A DNA stretch of 64,000 bases from Microcoleaceae cyanobacterium (GTDB taxonomy: Bacteria; Cyanobacteriota; Cyanobacteriia; Cyanobacteriales; Microcoleaceae): NCBI GenBank assembly GCA_051652765.1, contig JBOFUV010000036.1, forward strand, positions 1-64,000. Reading direction: 5' to 3'. A program made the position numbers and the translations under genes. Below are positions 41,205 through 52,054 of the stretch, piece after piece; within the stretch, counting starts at the first letter, position 1, and every line of letters starts with the position of its first letter. Below the pieces are notes generated by a model. The model saw only the letters and a list, made by a program, of their open reading frames with translations, searched no databases and was not told where the DNA came from.

Positions 41205-41915
41205 TTACTCGGGGCTACGTTGGTAAGCTGGAAGACAAATGAGATTATCGTCCTGAGTATGAATCAGACCTTGTTGACGCAGTTTGCCCATCAGACGAGT
41301 GACCGTCACTCGGGTTGAACCAATGGCACTACCAATTTGAGAATGGGTTAAAGGCCAAGGGAGACAATATCCCTGAAATTCATTGGCCCCGTTGCCACTG
41401 GTGTAATATTCCCCATACTCTTCAATCAAGAGGGTGAGAAACCCCAAAAGTCGGTCAATGGTACGGCGTTGTCCCAAAGTACTGAGCCATAGTAGCTTGC
41501 GCTGATGCTGATAGCGGAATGCATCCAATACCTCCCGACGAAAATGAGGCCAGTTATCTAGATCGTTCCAATACATCCAAATGACATTGGTGTCTTCAGC
41601 ATGGGCATAGGCACCCAACGAAAACGGAGACTGAGCGACGAGTTCAAAGGGTTGCCCTGCTCCGACGAATCCTAAAAAGGCTTCATCTAGAGAGCGACTT
41701 GCAACACCTGTATTGCCGCTCGCGGTATTCAGTTGAGCACTTCCCACAAGCCGAACTGACCCTCGTTGAACGAGATAAAGCAACCCTGGACGGGCAGGAA
41801 TACGCTCATCTTTCTCAAAGCTGCGACAGCGATAGTGTTCCTTGGCCCAATCAATGATGCGCTGCCAAGTCAGAAAAGGTCGAGTGGCTTCTGGGACGAT
41901 AGAGGTTGATTGCAT
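41205..41915 (-). CDS. devH: Crp/Fnr family regulator, DevH-like
   Basis: RPFLTWQRIIDWA..., LTHSQIGSAIGSTRVTVTR HTH; resembles cyanobacterial DevH. Confidence 0.8.
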   Translation of the reverse strand: MQSTSIVPEATRPFLTWQRIIDWAKEHYRCRSFEKDERIPARPGLLYLVQRGSVRLVGSAQLNTASGNTGVASRSLDEAFLGFVGAGQPFELVAQSPFSLGAYAHAEDTNVIWMYWNDLDNWPHFRREVLDAFRYQHQRKLLWLSTLGQRRTIDRLLGFLTLLIEEYGEYYTSGNGANEFQGYCLPWPLTHSQIGSAIGSTRVTVTRLMGKLRQQGLIHTQDDNLICLPAYQRSPE

Positions 41916-42354
41916 AAGATTCAGTTTCACGAGAGTTCAAGAACGGCAGACGGACTGCTCTGGAGTAACTAAGTTGATAGAGGGCGCAGGCTGTAGCACT
42001 CGGCCTAAGCATCAAATGAAACATAGAAGCCAAGCCTCGAGGCTACAAAATCTAACGACTCCACCAATGTAACAAAAAACACAATCTACAAGCTACATCA
42101 TGTCAATTTATACCCCTCCCTTTCTAGCCTAGGCTACAAGTGTCTTATACTAGACTATGTTATCTTATACAGGATGTCTACGTAAATTGATGACCCAGTA
42201 CTTCATGGATCTCGATAGGTCAGGGGTTTGAGGTATCTTGTAATTAAGTCTGTGTTCAGGTAGTGGACAGTTCATCAACGGACGGTTAATAATCAGCAGT
42301 TCATCAACAGAAGGTTGGGCAATTCAGTATTTTCTGAGAGAAGTCCTCTGTAGC

Positions 42355-43251
42355 TTGATACGACAGGAGTTTGCTGAAAGTGAACTTCATAAGGTTTCAA
42401 TAACAAAGGTTTCAGTAAAATATGTCGGAGGAAGCGAGCCGGAGTTTATCTACCAATCTGCGATCGCGCTTCAGATCTCTAGATCCCAGGGTCAACCGGC
42501 GCTTGCCATTGCCAATCAAATTGTTGACCTGTGGAAACAAGAAGCGGCCAGGTTTGATGCTTCTCCAAGACTGTTGAATTGGTTTGTGCTTGAAGTTTGT
42601 CCTTTAGGGATGATACTGTTCAGGTTGATCCCAGAAGGAGTCGCTGGCTGGCTACAAATGATGGTGCAGTTACCGTTATCTAGTCACTCTCAGTCCTGTT
42701 TCCAGCACTTTAGTCCCTTGTTCGCTGAGCACAGCAAGTCCCTTAAGCCTGTCGTAGAAGAGAATAGTCTCCCTGAAACCAAGCTTTTGAGCCTCTCTCC
42801 CCATGTATTTTGGCTGCAGTACAGCCATGCTCGTTGTTGTTCTCTGCTACGATTGGGACATCGGGAGGGATTGGTTGTTCTGAGTCAACCCGACCCGGAC
42901 TCTACACCGATGTTGTGGTCAGTGATTCAGCCTTGTCCCTTTCTTTGGTTTGATGCAGACCATCATTTTTATTTAGTTCACAAAGCTGAGCATCAACTCG
43001 TCATTAATCTATTTGCTGTGCTAGACTTAAGTCACTGCTCTTCAGTTTCTAAAGCTCGGTGGGAAAGGCTGGCTTGTCAACTTGGTCAGACATTTCGGAT
43101 ATTTTACGCTCACTGTCAAATTTTGGGAGAGGCTAAGCAGGGAAATCCAATGTTAGCTCAGGCGAGGTTGGGGCTGTTAGTTGTGGCACAATCCCTTTTC
43201 TGGTTTGTGTTACGGGAGAGGTTAAGTGTCTTTGCTCCCCTTGAACTTTAG
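42355..43251 (+). CDS. Stand-alone ArgRS-related protein with DALR anticodon-binding domain
   Basis: YQSAIALQI N-domain; LQYSHARCCSLLR, FYAHCQI, ARLGL, APLEL; no catalytic core; start uncertain. Confidence 0.8.
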   Translation: MIRQEFAESELHKVSITKVSVKYVGGSEPEFIYQSAIALQISRSQGQPALAIANQIVDLWKQEAARFDASPRLLNWFVLEVCPLGMILFRLIPEGVAGWLQMMVQLPLSSHSQSCFQHFSPLFAEHSKSLKPVVEENSLPETKLLSLSPHVFWLQYSHARCCSLLRLGHREGLVVLSQPDPDSTPMLWSVIQPCPFLWFDADHHFYLVHKAEHQLVINLFAVLDLSHCSSVSKARWERLACQLGQTFRIFYAHCQILGEAKQGNPMLAQARLGLLVVAQSLFWFVLRERLSVFAPLEL

Positions 43252-43669
43252 TGTCGCTTCTTAATGTTGTGTATCTGGTTCAGGCTTCTTAGGAATGAAG
43301 TTAAGATGAGGGTGCTGAAGTCAGTCTGTAATACTACTGAGGAAAATTCAGAGTGAATTTAAGTGGTTAGTCATTTTATTTCTGATTGTTAAGCGTTATC
43401 CTAGAGTTTGAGTAGATGAACTGAGGAGATGTAGGTCTCCAGAAATACTGTAGGGAAAGTTGCCTGACAGTGTCTAAGGAGACAAAGTTCTGTAAATTCA
43501 AGTGGTTCTGTAGTGCCCTTAAGAAGACGTTACTAATGAAGCGTTACGTGTAGTGTTGCTTTGAGTAACAGGTAAAAGCATTTCTAGTCCTGGAATTTCA
43601 AGTTCCAAGTCTTGGGATAGGGAGGGCAGTCGTAAGAACCCAACGAAAACCCATTTGTTAGGAGTATTA

Positions 43670-45076
43670 ATGAATTTGTCATTTGAAAGTTTGGGCATTT
43701 CTGAGTCTCGTGCCCGCCATCTAGAGGCGATTGGTTTTGCTGAGCCGACTCCCATCCAAGCTCAGGCCATTCCCCAAATGTTGTCTGGTCGAGATATTAT
43801 CGGTCAAGCCCAGACGGGAACGGGAAAAACTGCCGCCTTCTCTCTCCCAATCCTGGAACAGATTGACGCTGAAGCCCATGGAGTCCAAGCCCTGATCCTG
43901 ACACCGACTCGCGAACTGGCGTTGCAGGTAAAGGATGCTGTTCGGAAGATGGCTTATGAGCGATCGCTCTTTATTCTGACTGTCTATGGGGGTCAATCGA
44001 TTGATCGTCAGATTCAACAGTTGAAGCGAGGTGTGCAGATTATTGTCGGCACGCCGGGTCGGGTTCTGGATCTCCTGAATCGTGGAGATCTGAAGCTTGA
44101 TAAGCTTAAGTGGTTGGTTTTGGACGAAGCTGATGAGATGCTCAGTATGGGTTTCATCCAGGATGTAGAGAAAATTTTGGAAGCCTCGTCGGATGATCGA
44201 CAGACTGCATTTTTCTCCGCAACCATGGATGCATCCATTTGGAAGCTGGTACGAAAGTTCCTGAAGTCTCCCATCACCGTTAAAGTTGAACAGCTAAAAT
44301 CAACGCCTAAAAGGATTGAGCAGTCAGTTTATATGGTGCCTCGAGGGTGGACAAAGGCAAGAGCGTTGCAGCCCATTCTTGAGCTGGAAGATCCAGAATC
44401 AGCCATTATTTTTGTCCGCACAAAACAGGTTGCGGCTGAACTAACCAATCAATTGCAGGCTGTTGGCCACAGTGTTGATGAATACCATGGCAACCTGAAT
44501 CAGGCTCAACGAGAGCGTTTGTTGATGCGGTTTCGACGACGGCAGGTACGATGGGTCGTGGCAACTGATATTGCAGCCCGGGGTCTAGATGTGGATCATC
44601 TGACTCATGTGATTAACTACGATTTGCCGGATAATGCGGAGAGCTATGTTCACCGGATTGGTCGAACGGGTCGGGCAGGTCGTGAAGGTAAAGCAATTAC
44701 CTTACTGCAACCGATGGATCGGCGAAAGTTACAGGTGATTGAACGTCACCTTAAGCAACAATTGGAGGTTGAATCGATTCCGAAGCGATCACAAATTGAA
44801 GCCCGTAACATTGAACGGTTAAAAGACAAGGTCGTAGAAGCTCTGACTGGGGAAAGAATGGCCTCATTCTTACCTATAGTGGCTCAACTGGGAGAGGAGT
44901 ATGAACCTCACGCAATTGCAGCCTCTGCTTTGCAGTTGGCCTATGACCAGATGCGTCCGACCTATTCTGGCAGTGAGCCTTCCTCAGATTATGAGGAAGA
45001 GGATATGTCATCTATGGTGAAGCCCAAGCTGACAAAACGTCGTCAGCCTCAACCGTCTAATTCTCGCAAGGACTAG
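43670..45076 (+). CDS. crhR: DEAD-box RNA helicase CrhR
   Basis: AQTGTGKT, PTRELA, DEAD, SAT, HRIGRTGRAG; AGGAG RBS. Confidence 0.93.
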   Translation: MNLSFESLGISESRARHLEAIGFAEPTPIQAQAIPQMLSGRDIIGQAQTGTGKTAAFSLPILEQIDAEAHGVQALILTPTRELALQVKDAVRKMAYERSLFILTVYGGQSIDRQIQQLKRGVQIIVGTPGRVLDLLNRGDLKLDKLKWLVLDEADEMLSMGFIQDVEKILEASSDDRQTAFFSATMDASIWKLVRKFLKSPITVKVEQLKSTPKRIEQSVYMVPRGWTKARALQPILELEDPESAIIFVRTKQVAAELTNQLQAVGHSVDEYHGNLNQAQRERLLMRFRRRQVRWVVATDIAARGLDVDHLTHVINYDLPDNAESYVHRIGRTGRAGREGKAITLLQPMDRRKLQVIERHLKQQLEVESIPKRSQIEARNIERLKDKVVEALTGERMASFLPIVAQLGEEYEPHAIAASALQLAYDQMRPTYSGSEPSSDYEEEDMSSMVKPKLTKRRQPQPSNSRKD

Positions 45077-45125
45077 TGAGTCGAGTCTGTCTAGACTCTG
45101 AACTGCTGCATTAAGGCTTGATCAT

Positions 45126-45152
45126 CTCGGTTCCTCTGGAGCCGAGTTTTTT
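45126..45152 (+). terminator. Intrinsic terminator after crhR
   Basis: CTCGGTTCC-TCT-GGAGCCGAG then T run. Confidence 0.75.
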
Positions 45153-45184
45153 ATTAGTCTGAGATCACCTCTCTATTTTCTCTT

Positions 45185-47425
45185 ATGGCAACCGAATCTC
45201 ACTTTATTCTAGATTTAGTTACCACTCTTGGAACTGCCGCATTAGGAGGATTTGCCGCAAACCGCTTGGGTCAGCCAATTTTGTTGGGCTATTTAGTTAG
45301 TGGGTTAATCATTGGCCCTTCCGGATTGGGGTTATTGAATGACCTCAGCCAAATCCAAGCCCTAGCCGAAATCGGAGTTGCATTTCTCTTATTTGCTTTA
45401 GGGGTTGAGTTCTCGCTCACTGAACTCAAGCGGGTGCAAAAGATTGCAATTCAGGGTAGCTTACTACAAATTGGGCTAACCATTGCCACCGTGACTCTAA
45501 TTGCTCCGTTGCTAGGGTGGGTTAAAAATCCAACGGAGGGAATTTTTCTAGGAGCACTTCTTTCCCTTTCTTCCACAGCAGTTGTTTTGAAGAGTTTAAC
45601 AGAGCGTGGAGAAGTGAACACAACCCATGGACAGGTTATGTTGGCGATTTTAATTGCTCAAGACTTGGCCTTGGGGTTGATGTTAGCAATTTTACCCGCC
45701 TTAAATCAGCCGAGTTCTGCTTTGGCGATCGCCTTGTTCTGGGCACTGGTGAAGGGAGCGCTGTTTTTACTGGGGGCGCTGGTCGCAGGGATTTGGCTGG
45801 TTCCTCCCCTAATGAAACAGGTGGCTATGACAGAAAGTTCAGAACTGTTTTTGTTAACTGTCATTGCTCTGTGTTTGGGAGTTGCTCTAGTGACCGACAC
45901 CCTAGGGCTTTCAATTGAAATGGGTGCATTTATTGCAGGGCTGATGGTGGCAGAAATTGACTATTCTGATCAAGCTTTGGCTAGAATTTTACCTTTACGG
46001 GATACCTTTGCCAGTTTATTTTTTGCTTCCATTGGAATGCTGATTAATCCTGTTGTTCTGATTCAGAATATTGGCATCATTTTAGGGCTAGTGATGATGG
46101 TGATGCTGGGGAAAGCGTTGATTATTTTTCCCATTGTCCTGAAGTTTGGCTACTCTTTTAAGACTGCAGTGATTACGAGTTTGGGCTTGAACCAAATTGG
46201 TGAATTTTCCTTTGTTCTCGCTCAAGTGGCACTGAGTTTAGGCATATTAACGGAGAAAAAATATTTGCTCATTCTCGGCACAACGGCTATTACCCTCGTC
46301 TTAACACCCGTTTTCTTAAAGTCATCCCCGCGTCTGGCGAACCGCCTCGCCAATTTACCTGGTTTGTCTCACTATCTTGAACGGTTTCGTGGGGCAAAAG
46401 AGATTCTGATGCCTGAGATCCTACAAGGTCATGTGGTTGTAGCTGGGTATGGACGGGTTGGGCAAGTTTTGGTGAGAATGTTGCAAAATCAGGGACATCA
46501 AGTACTAGTGATTGATAATAGCGAGGCCGCAATCGCCAAACTGCGATCGCACAGGATTCCCTATCTCATGGGGGATGCAGATTCAGAATTGGTTTTGCAA
46601 AAAACCCATCTGGAACAGGCTTTGGCGTTAGCGATCGCCCTTCCCGATCCCGCTAGTACTCGACTGCTTCTCAAGCGAGCCTTAGAGCTTTCTCCCCATC
46701 TTGATGTAGTTGCCCGTGCTCATAATAATAGCGAAATTGAGGTTCTGACTCAATTGGGGGCGTGGGAGGTTGTCCAGCCAGAATTTGAATCTGCCTTGGA
46801 AATGGGGGCCCACCTGTTGTCTACTCTGGGAGAAACTCAAGTCACGATCCAGTCCGTGATTCGAGCGATTCGAACTGATCGTTATCGGAGTGTCCTACCT
46901 GAACGGGTTACCAATCTTGAACTGAAGTCTCTGCTCGAATCGACTGAAGGACTCAAGAACAATTGGATTGCTTTAGATCAAAGTTCTCCCTTGGTGGGAA
47001 TGACGCTGGCGGATGCCGATATTCGCCAACTCACGGGGGCAACTATCATGGAAATTGCCCGAAACAACCAACGCATTTCCTATCCGACCGGGGAGACTCA
47101 ACTGAATGCTGCCGATCGACTCTTCGTCGTGGGGTCCCGAGAGGAATTGTCCCTGTTTCAGGAGTTGGCAATGAATCAGTCTCCTATTCGCTTGCAGGAA
47201 AGTGCTTGGGTTTCCCTCACGGAAGCCTCTCCCGGTGTTGGGACGTGGCTCACACCAGGAGATTTAGTCAACTGTCGTCAGGGGATTATTGCGATTCGTC
47301 GTCAGGGCAAACTCTTCAAACTGCTGAGTAAACCGTTTCAGTTCCAATCTGGGGACTGGCTACTGCTACAAAATGGCTCGGCTATCGAAAGCGAGTCAGA
47401 GGAAAAGGAGGAACCCGAGAAATGA
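45185..47425 (+). CDS. CPA2 cation:proton antiporter with TrkA-N/TrkA-C domains
   Basis: SLSSTAVV, QDL, QIGEFSFV, VAGYGRVG. Confidence 0.93.
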   Translation: MATESHFILDLVTTLGTAALGGFAANRLGQPILLGYLVSGLIIGPSGLGLLNDLSQIQALAEIGVAFLLFALGVEFSLTELKRVQKIAIQGSLLQIGLTIATVTLIAPLLGWVKNPTEGIFLGALLSLSSTAVVLKSLTERGEVNTTHGQVMLAILIAQDLALGLMLAILPALNQPSSALAIALFWALVKGALFLLGALVAGIWLVPPLMKQVAMTESSELFLLTVIALCLGVALVTDTLGLSIEMGAFIAGLMVAEIDYSDQALARILPLRDTFASLFFASIGMLINPVVLIQNIGIILGLVMMVMLGKALIIFPIVLKFGYSFKTAVITSLGLNQIGEFSFVLAQVALSLGILTEKKYLLILGTTAITLVLTPVFLKSSPRLANRLANLPGLSHYLERFRGAKEILMPEILQGHVVVAGYGRVGQVLVRMLQNQGHQVLVIDNSEAAIAKLRSHRIPYLMGDADSELVLQKTHLEQALALAIALPDPASTRLLLKRALELSPHLDVVARAHNNSEIEVLTQLGAWEVVQPEFESALEMGAHLLSTLGETQVTIQSVIRAIRTDRYRSVLPERVTNLELKSLLESTEGLKNNWIALDQSSPLVGMTLADADIRQLTGATIMEIARNNQRISYPTGETQLNAADRLFVVGSREELSLFQELAMNQSPIRLQESAWVSLTEASPGVGTWLTPGDLVNCRQGIIAIRRQGKLFKLLSKPFQFQSGDWLLLQNGSAIESESEEKEEPEK

Positions 47426-47508
47426 TATGATTGCACAGAGTTACGCTGGCCTGACTATAACCTTAATGATTGATATTGAATTACTTCGGTTGTTTACCTA
47501 AATTAATT

Positions 47509-48123
47509 ATGGATGCTTCCCGGTTGTATTGGTTTAAAGCTTTGCCTCTGTTCTCAAGGTCTAGGAAGCAAGGGCAAGGATGGCTGGCTTTCATGGTCAT
47601 GCCCTTAGCATCTGTCGGTCTCTTTGCTGCCTCGGCATCCGCATTTCCTCGATTTGATTTGACCACTGATCAAGACTATGCAACCTGCGCCACGAACCTT
47701 ACAGCAGTCGGGTTGTCTTCAGAACTTGCGGCAAAAGCCTGTGCTGGGATGGTTCGCCCCCAAAATTTGAGTCAGTGTGTGACCCGAATTAGCCAAGATG
47801 CGGCGATCGCCCCCGAAGAAGCCTTGGCCAGTTGTGTGAGCGTCAGACGGCCTGAAGAGTTGGCCATTTGTGTTGTAAATATTACTCAAGAGGGAGGAGA
47901 TGTTAACTCTTCTACAGTGTTAAATAGCTGTCGTCGGAGCCTGTTACCCGAGCGCCATGCATTTTGCGTTTTGGGGTTGACTCGCGGCGGTGGAATTGCA
48001 GTTGATCAAGCCCTAGGCACTTGCTTGAATCCCCCAGAACAGTTCATAGACTTGAGAATAGAACAACCTCAGGCTCCTAGCGCACTCCCAAATCTCCCTC
48101 CCGACCTACCTCCCAATCCATAA
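47509..48123 (+). CDS. Exported cysteine-repeat protein
   Basis: Signal-like segment ending ASA-F; repeated C...(R/L)P.....CV units. Confidence 0.8.
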   Translation: MDASRLYWFKALPLFSRSRKQGQGWLAFMVMPLASVGLFAASASAFPRFDLTTDQDYATCATNLTAVGLSSELAAKACAGMVRPQNLSQCVTRISQDAAIAPEEALASCVSVRRPEELAICVVNITQEGGDVNSSTVLNSCRRSLLPERHAFCVLGLTRGGGIAVDQALGTCLNPPEQFIDLRIEQPQAPSALPNLPPDLPPNP

Positions 48124-48137
48124 AACTTCATAACATA

Positions 48138-48171
48138 AAAACCCCCTCTCCCAGAACGGGAGAGGGGTTTT
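48138..48171. terminator. Probable bidirectional terminator between convergent genes
   Basis: AAAACCCCCTCTCCC-AGAAC-GGGAGAGGGGTTTT. Confidence 0.7.
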
Positions 48172-48326
48172 GAAGAGGTTACATGATTTCTTTCTATCCT
48201 TCTCCTACAACGGGAGAAGGAATTTAGAAAGGAGGAGGTAAAGGACTTGCTACTCAATGAACCCCTCACGAAAGAGTGAGGGACATTTTTATTCAGATCA
48301 AGTTCTACCTTCAATCAGGCTTTCTT

Positions 48327-50774
48327 TTAACGTCCTCGTTGTTGCAACAACTCCTGAGCATCGGGGCTAACGTTATATTCATAGCCATAGGGAGCCCGAT
48401 CCGAATCATCCAGAACGTTGGGCGTAACGAGAACAATCACCTCAGCCCGTTCATTCTCTCGATTCGTACTGCGGAATAAAGCCCCAATAATTGGCAGGTC
48501 GCCCAAAATCGGAATCTTGCTCACCGTGACCCGATCACTATCTTGAATAATCCCAGACACAATTAAGGTCTGACCGTCTCGCAGCCTGACTCGCCCTGAG
48601 TTCAGAGTTCGTACTAGGGTTTCTGTTGCAAAGCCCCCCTGGTCGTCAGTGACAAGTCGGTCTCCCCTGATGGCACTAACCGTTGGAGTCATGGTAAACG
48701 TTACGAATCCATTATCATCCACCCGCTCGACATTGACCTCAAGAGTCAGACCCACGTCCCCAAAGTTAACCGTTCGATCCTCTGTTAAAGCTCCAGCAGT
48801 CACCGTTCGTTCAACATCAATCGATCGGACAATGTTTTCCACGAGAGCGACCCTGGCGCTTTCTCCCTCTTGAACTATCAAAGTTGGGTCAGTTAGGATC
48901 TTGGCGTTGCCGCTAACAACTTGAGCTTGCAACGTTGAGAGGAAGCGGCGAGGATATTGGAAGAAGGGGAAAGTTTCATAGGTCACATCTCCCACTTCGA
49001 TTGATCCATCATCGTTTCGGGTGAAGGGGTTGTACTCCCGAATTCCAGGCCGTCCCGGACGATCTGTGATCGGTGGAATCGGACGCAACCCTAGGCCCCC
49101 TTCCCCTGGGGCAGTGAGAGGAATCGTCTCAATCCCGTCTCGATCAAAGAATGGATCTTCCTCGCTCAGTTCTTGACCATCGTTAGTTCTGTTTTCAATG
49201 ATGGGCCGAGCATTAATCCCACCGGTTGAAATACCTCGGTCAGGAGGGTTAAAGCCTCCGAAGTTGAGGGACGCTGCCCCGCCATCGTTGACGAAGAAGG
49301 TATCGTTGATCCCAAAGGAAAAACTACTGTTAAAGGCTTGCTCTCCAGTTAAGTTAATATCCAGAATCTTGACGTTAACCGCGACTTGACGCTTGCGGAG
49401 GTCGAGCTGAACCAACTGAGCAGAAGCAACTTCGACTAAACTCGGAGAGCCAACCAAAGTAATGGTATTTAACCGTTCATCCACAATCACTTGTAAGCCT
49501 CGCAGCAGCGGGGAAGAATCCTGGGCTTCGATGCGCTGAGTTTCAATCCGAGTTTCTAGAGTTGTGTTGGTCGAGGTGATCGCCTGAGTCGATCCCTGAA
49601 TGGGTACGGAGTTGGTCTGAGTCACCTGAACTTCTCGAGAAACTGCACTTTCTCCCCCCATGGCAACCAGGAAGTTGGCCGCTGTTCGAGCATTGACCTG
49701 GTTCATTCGGAATGTCCGAACGACGACATTTCTAGCCGTATTCGGTAAATCAGCGCCAACAAAGACAGTGTTACCCACGCGGTTGGCTTCTAACCCAGTC
49801 AAGCGCAGGACATAGTTGAACACATCTTGAACGGATTCGTTCTCGATATCAAGAGAAATCTTTTGATCAGGCCCCCCAGATCCGGGCTGACCGGGTTGAG
49901 TCGCTTGTTGCCCTTCACCCAATCCTCCTGAGGTGAACGCAATATTGACTCCGGCAACGCGACCGAGGAGGGAAAGAACATCACGGACAGATGCATCCCG
50001 CAACACTAAGCGGGGAATAATTTCCGAAGAGTTGAGGTTGATGGTAGAGACAGTTGGATTGACGTTAGAAACAGCAATATCCCCCACGGGAGGAGCAACT
50101 GCACGGGGCATGAAGGGAGGAGCAGCTTCCGCAGGGCGAGGACTACTCAGTTCAGTGGGGCCACCCTGAGAAGTAACATTCCCATCTGGAAGAATCACAT
50201 CTCGTTGGGCTCGTTGGGCAGTTGTGGAGGGTTGAGCCGGAGTGCCTTTAGGGGAACTGACTGCAACTTCAGGGTTTGGAACCAGCACATCTTGGGGACG
50301 AGACTGAGGAAACGCAGCCGCAGGTGCAGCACTGGTCGTTCCAGAGGCAACTGCAATCACAATCCCTTGGTCACCGCCCTGAAGAACGCGGGCTTCAGGA
50401 GGAGCACTCATACCGCTGACAATCACCCGAACGCTCGTGGGGTCAATCTGAGTCACTACAATGGATGCCACGCCCGGTGCAGGATTACTCTGCTGAAAGT
50501 TACTCTGAGCGCTGGTAATCTGAGCATTAATAATATCGGCAACAAAGTCATTGCCCCGACGAACCACAAAAACCTCAGGACGCTCTCCGCCTTCTGTAGT
50601 CAAGACCAAGTTGATTTCACCGTTGGCTTGAACCAGTTGAATGTCCCGCACCTTTGTAAAGGCCCCAGCAGGCATCTGTGCCATTAGCACAATAGCAACC
50701 CCTGCACTCAGCCCTCCACCAAATCCTAAAAGCTGTTTCACGTTCCCTCCTCTACTGGACTGTGAGATAGACAT
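48327..50774 (-). CDS. pilQ: Type IV pilus secretin with AMIN domain
   Basis: DERLNTITL, QVAVNVKILD, AKILTDPTL, KIPILGDLPIIGALFR. Confidence 0.9.
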   Translation of the reverse strand: MSISQSSRGGNVKQLLGFGGGLSAGVAIVLMAQMPAGAFTKVRDIQLVQANGEINLVLTTEGGERPEVFVVRRGNDFVADIINAQITSAQSNFQQSNPAPGVASIVVTQIDPTSVRVIVSGMSAPPEARVLQGGDQGIVIAVASGTTSAAPAAAFPQSRPQDVLVPNPEVAVSSPKGTPAQPSTTAQRAQRDVILPDGNVTSQGGPTELSSPRPAEAAPPFMPRAVAPPVGDIAVSNVNPTVSTINLNSSEIIPRLVLRDASVRDVLSLLGRVAGVNIAFTSGGLGEGQQATQPGQPGSGGPDQKISLDIENESVQDVFNYVLRLTGLEANRVGNTVFVGADLPNTARNVVVRTFRMNQVNARTAANFLVAMGGESAVSREVQVTQTNSVPIQGSTQAITSTNTTLETRIETQRIEAQDSSPLLRGLQVIVDERLNTITLVGSPSLVEVASAQLVQLDLRKRQVAVNVKILDINLTGEQAFNSSFSFGINDTFFVNDGGAASLNFGGFNPPDRGISTGGINARPIIENRTNDGQELSEEDPFFDRDGIETIPLTAPGEGGLGLRPIPPITDRPGRPGIREYNPFTRNDDGSIEVGDVTYETFPFFQYPRRFLSTLQAQVVSGNAKILTDPTLIVQEGESARVALVENIVRSIDVERTVTAGALTEDRTVNFGDVGLTLEVNVERVDDNGFVTFTMTPTVSAIRGDRLVTDDQGGFATETLVRTLNSGRVRLRDGQTLIVSGIIQDSDRVTVSKIPILGDLPIIGALFRSTNRENERAEVIVLVTPNVLDDSDRAPYGYEYNVSPDAQELLQQRGR

Positions 50775-50970
50775 TTATTATCAACCCTAAGTTACCCAAT
50801 GTTAATCTCTAAAAAATTAATCCTTATATTAGTCCCTAAACGTAATCCCTAACAACCCAACTCAGTTCGACAAACCCCCAGAAGCCAAGGGTCAAAATGA
50901 TGAAGCTCAGCTCGCTTGACACATTAGAGCATCTGACTGATTCTGTCAAGAGTTCTAGCTGAGTAACGTG

Positions 50971-51741
50971 TTAATCAATCTCTCCCCGGACGGGCCATCC
51001 CAAACGAGTAGGCTGTTGGTAAATTCGTTTCAAAGTATTAACATCCCGAGGAGAAATTGGCGGCGGTTCCCCAACCTGGGAAAAATACATGACATCAGTT
51101 TTGACAGGACTATGACCCCAGATTCCCAAGGCGTGACCGAACTCATGACGGGCAGCCGCAGCAACATACTTCCCGGTCTGAGATGGACTGAGCCAGATCA
51201 CGAACCGATGGGCCAAGCGTTGCACGCCATCTTCTCCTTCTGTGAAAATTTGATAACGAGTTTCGGCAGAGCTAGCTCGTAAGTTTTCCGGTTCGAGGGG
51301 AGGACGGCGACGAAAAATTTGAATCTTAGCACTGTCAGGACGATCAACTATCTCTAAAGGCAGATAGGAACCCCAGTCCAAAATAGCAGACCGAACCTCT
51401 GCTGACCAGTTCTGTGACGATGTTGAAGGGATAACAGGCTCCACATAAATTTTTATAGGGAACCCAGACCAAACCAAATACCCGAGCGCTATGGGCTCAA
51501 TCTGATCAAAATAGTCCCGATCAGGAGCGCCATCATCAGGGGTCTGATCTGGCCACTTGGCTAACTCAGGGGGTAAGGGATGGATGCGGGGTAAACTCTG
51601 CTGTTCCTGAGCCAAGACCTGAGAAAACTGAATGCCTAGGGCAAAAACCAGAGCCATCACTCCAAAAAAAACAAATCGCCAGCGCGATCGCCCCCAAGGT
51701 TCAAAAGTGCTACCCCAGTCCCTAGCCAAGCCAGCCTGCAC
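50971..51741 (-). CDS. Matrixin-like zinc metallopeptidase
   Basis: HEFGHALGIWGH and DVMY Met-turn; start uncertain. Confidence 0.88.
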   Translation of the reverse strand: MQAGLARDWGSTFEPWGRSRWRFVFFGVMALVFALGIQFSQVLAQEQQSLPRIHPLPPELAKWPDQTPDDGAPDRDYFDQIEPIALGYLVWSGFPIKIYVEPVIPSTSSQNWSAEVRSAILDWGSYLPLEIVDRPDSAKIQIFRRRPPLEPENLRASSAETRYQIFTEGEDGVQRLAHRFVIWLSPSQTGKYVAAAARHEFGHALGIWGHSPVKTDVMYFSQVGEPPPISPRDVNTLKRIYQQPTRLGWPVRGEID

Positions 51742-51952
51742 TCAGAATAATCGTAGTCCCAATAAACAACACAGCCAACGTCCAGGTAATCCGATTCAAG
51801 GTCGTCTCTGCACTTTTGGCGCTGGTAAACAGTTGGGCTTGCCCCCCAATCCCGCCAATTCCGTCCCCTTTAGGACTATGCAAAAGCACAAAGACAATCA
51901 GTCCTGCGGCAGATAGAACCCAGATTACCTCCAGAAATCGACTTACAGTCAT
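51722..51952 (-). CDS. secG: Preprotein translocase SecG
   Basis: VLLHSPKGDGIG, LNRITW, two TMs. Confidence 0.95.
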   Translation of the reverse strand: MTVSRFLEVIWVLSAAGLIVFVLLHSPKGDGIGGIGGQAQLFTSAKSAETTLNRITWTLAVLFIGTTIILSAGWLG

Positions 51953-52054
51953 GGCTATACCCGTGTTGCTTGATAAATTTGCTTGAGAAAACTTGCTTGA
52001 CCAAACCTTAGTTTAACACTTTATCCCCAATCGTTTGGATACAGGGCTTAACCA

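Noticed and set aside
41021..41242. 73-aa ORF after sbcC
   Set aside because: No motif; overlaps the devH 3' end; probably spurious
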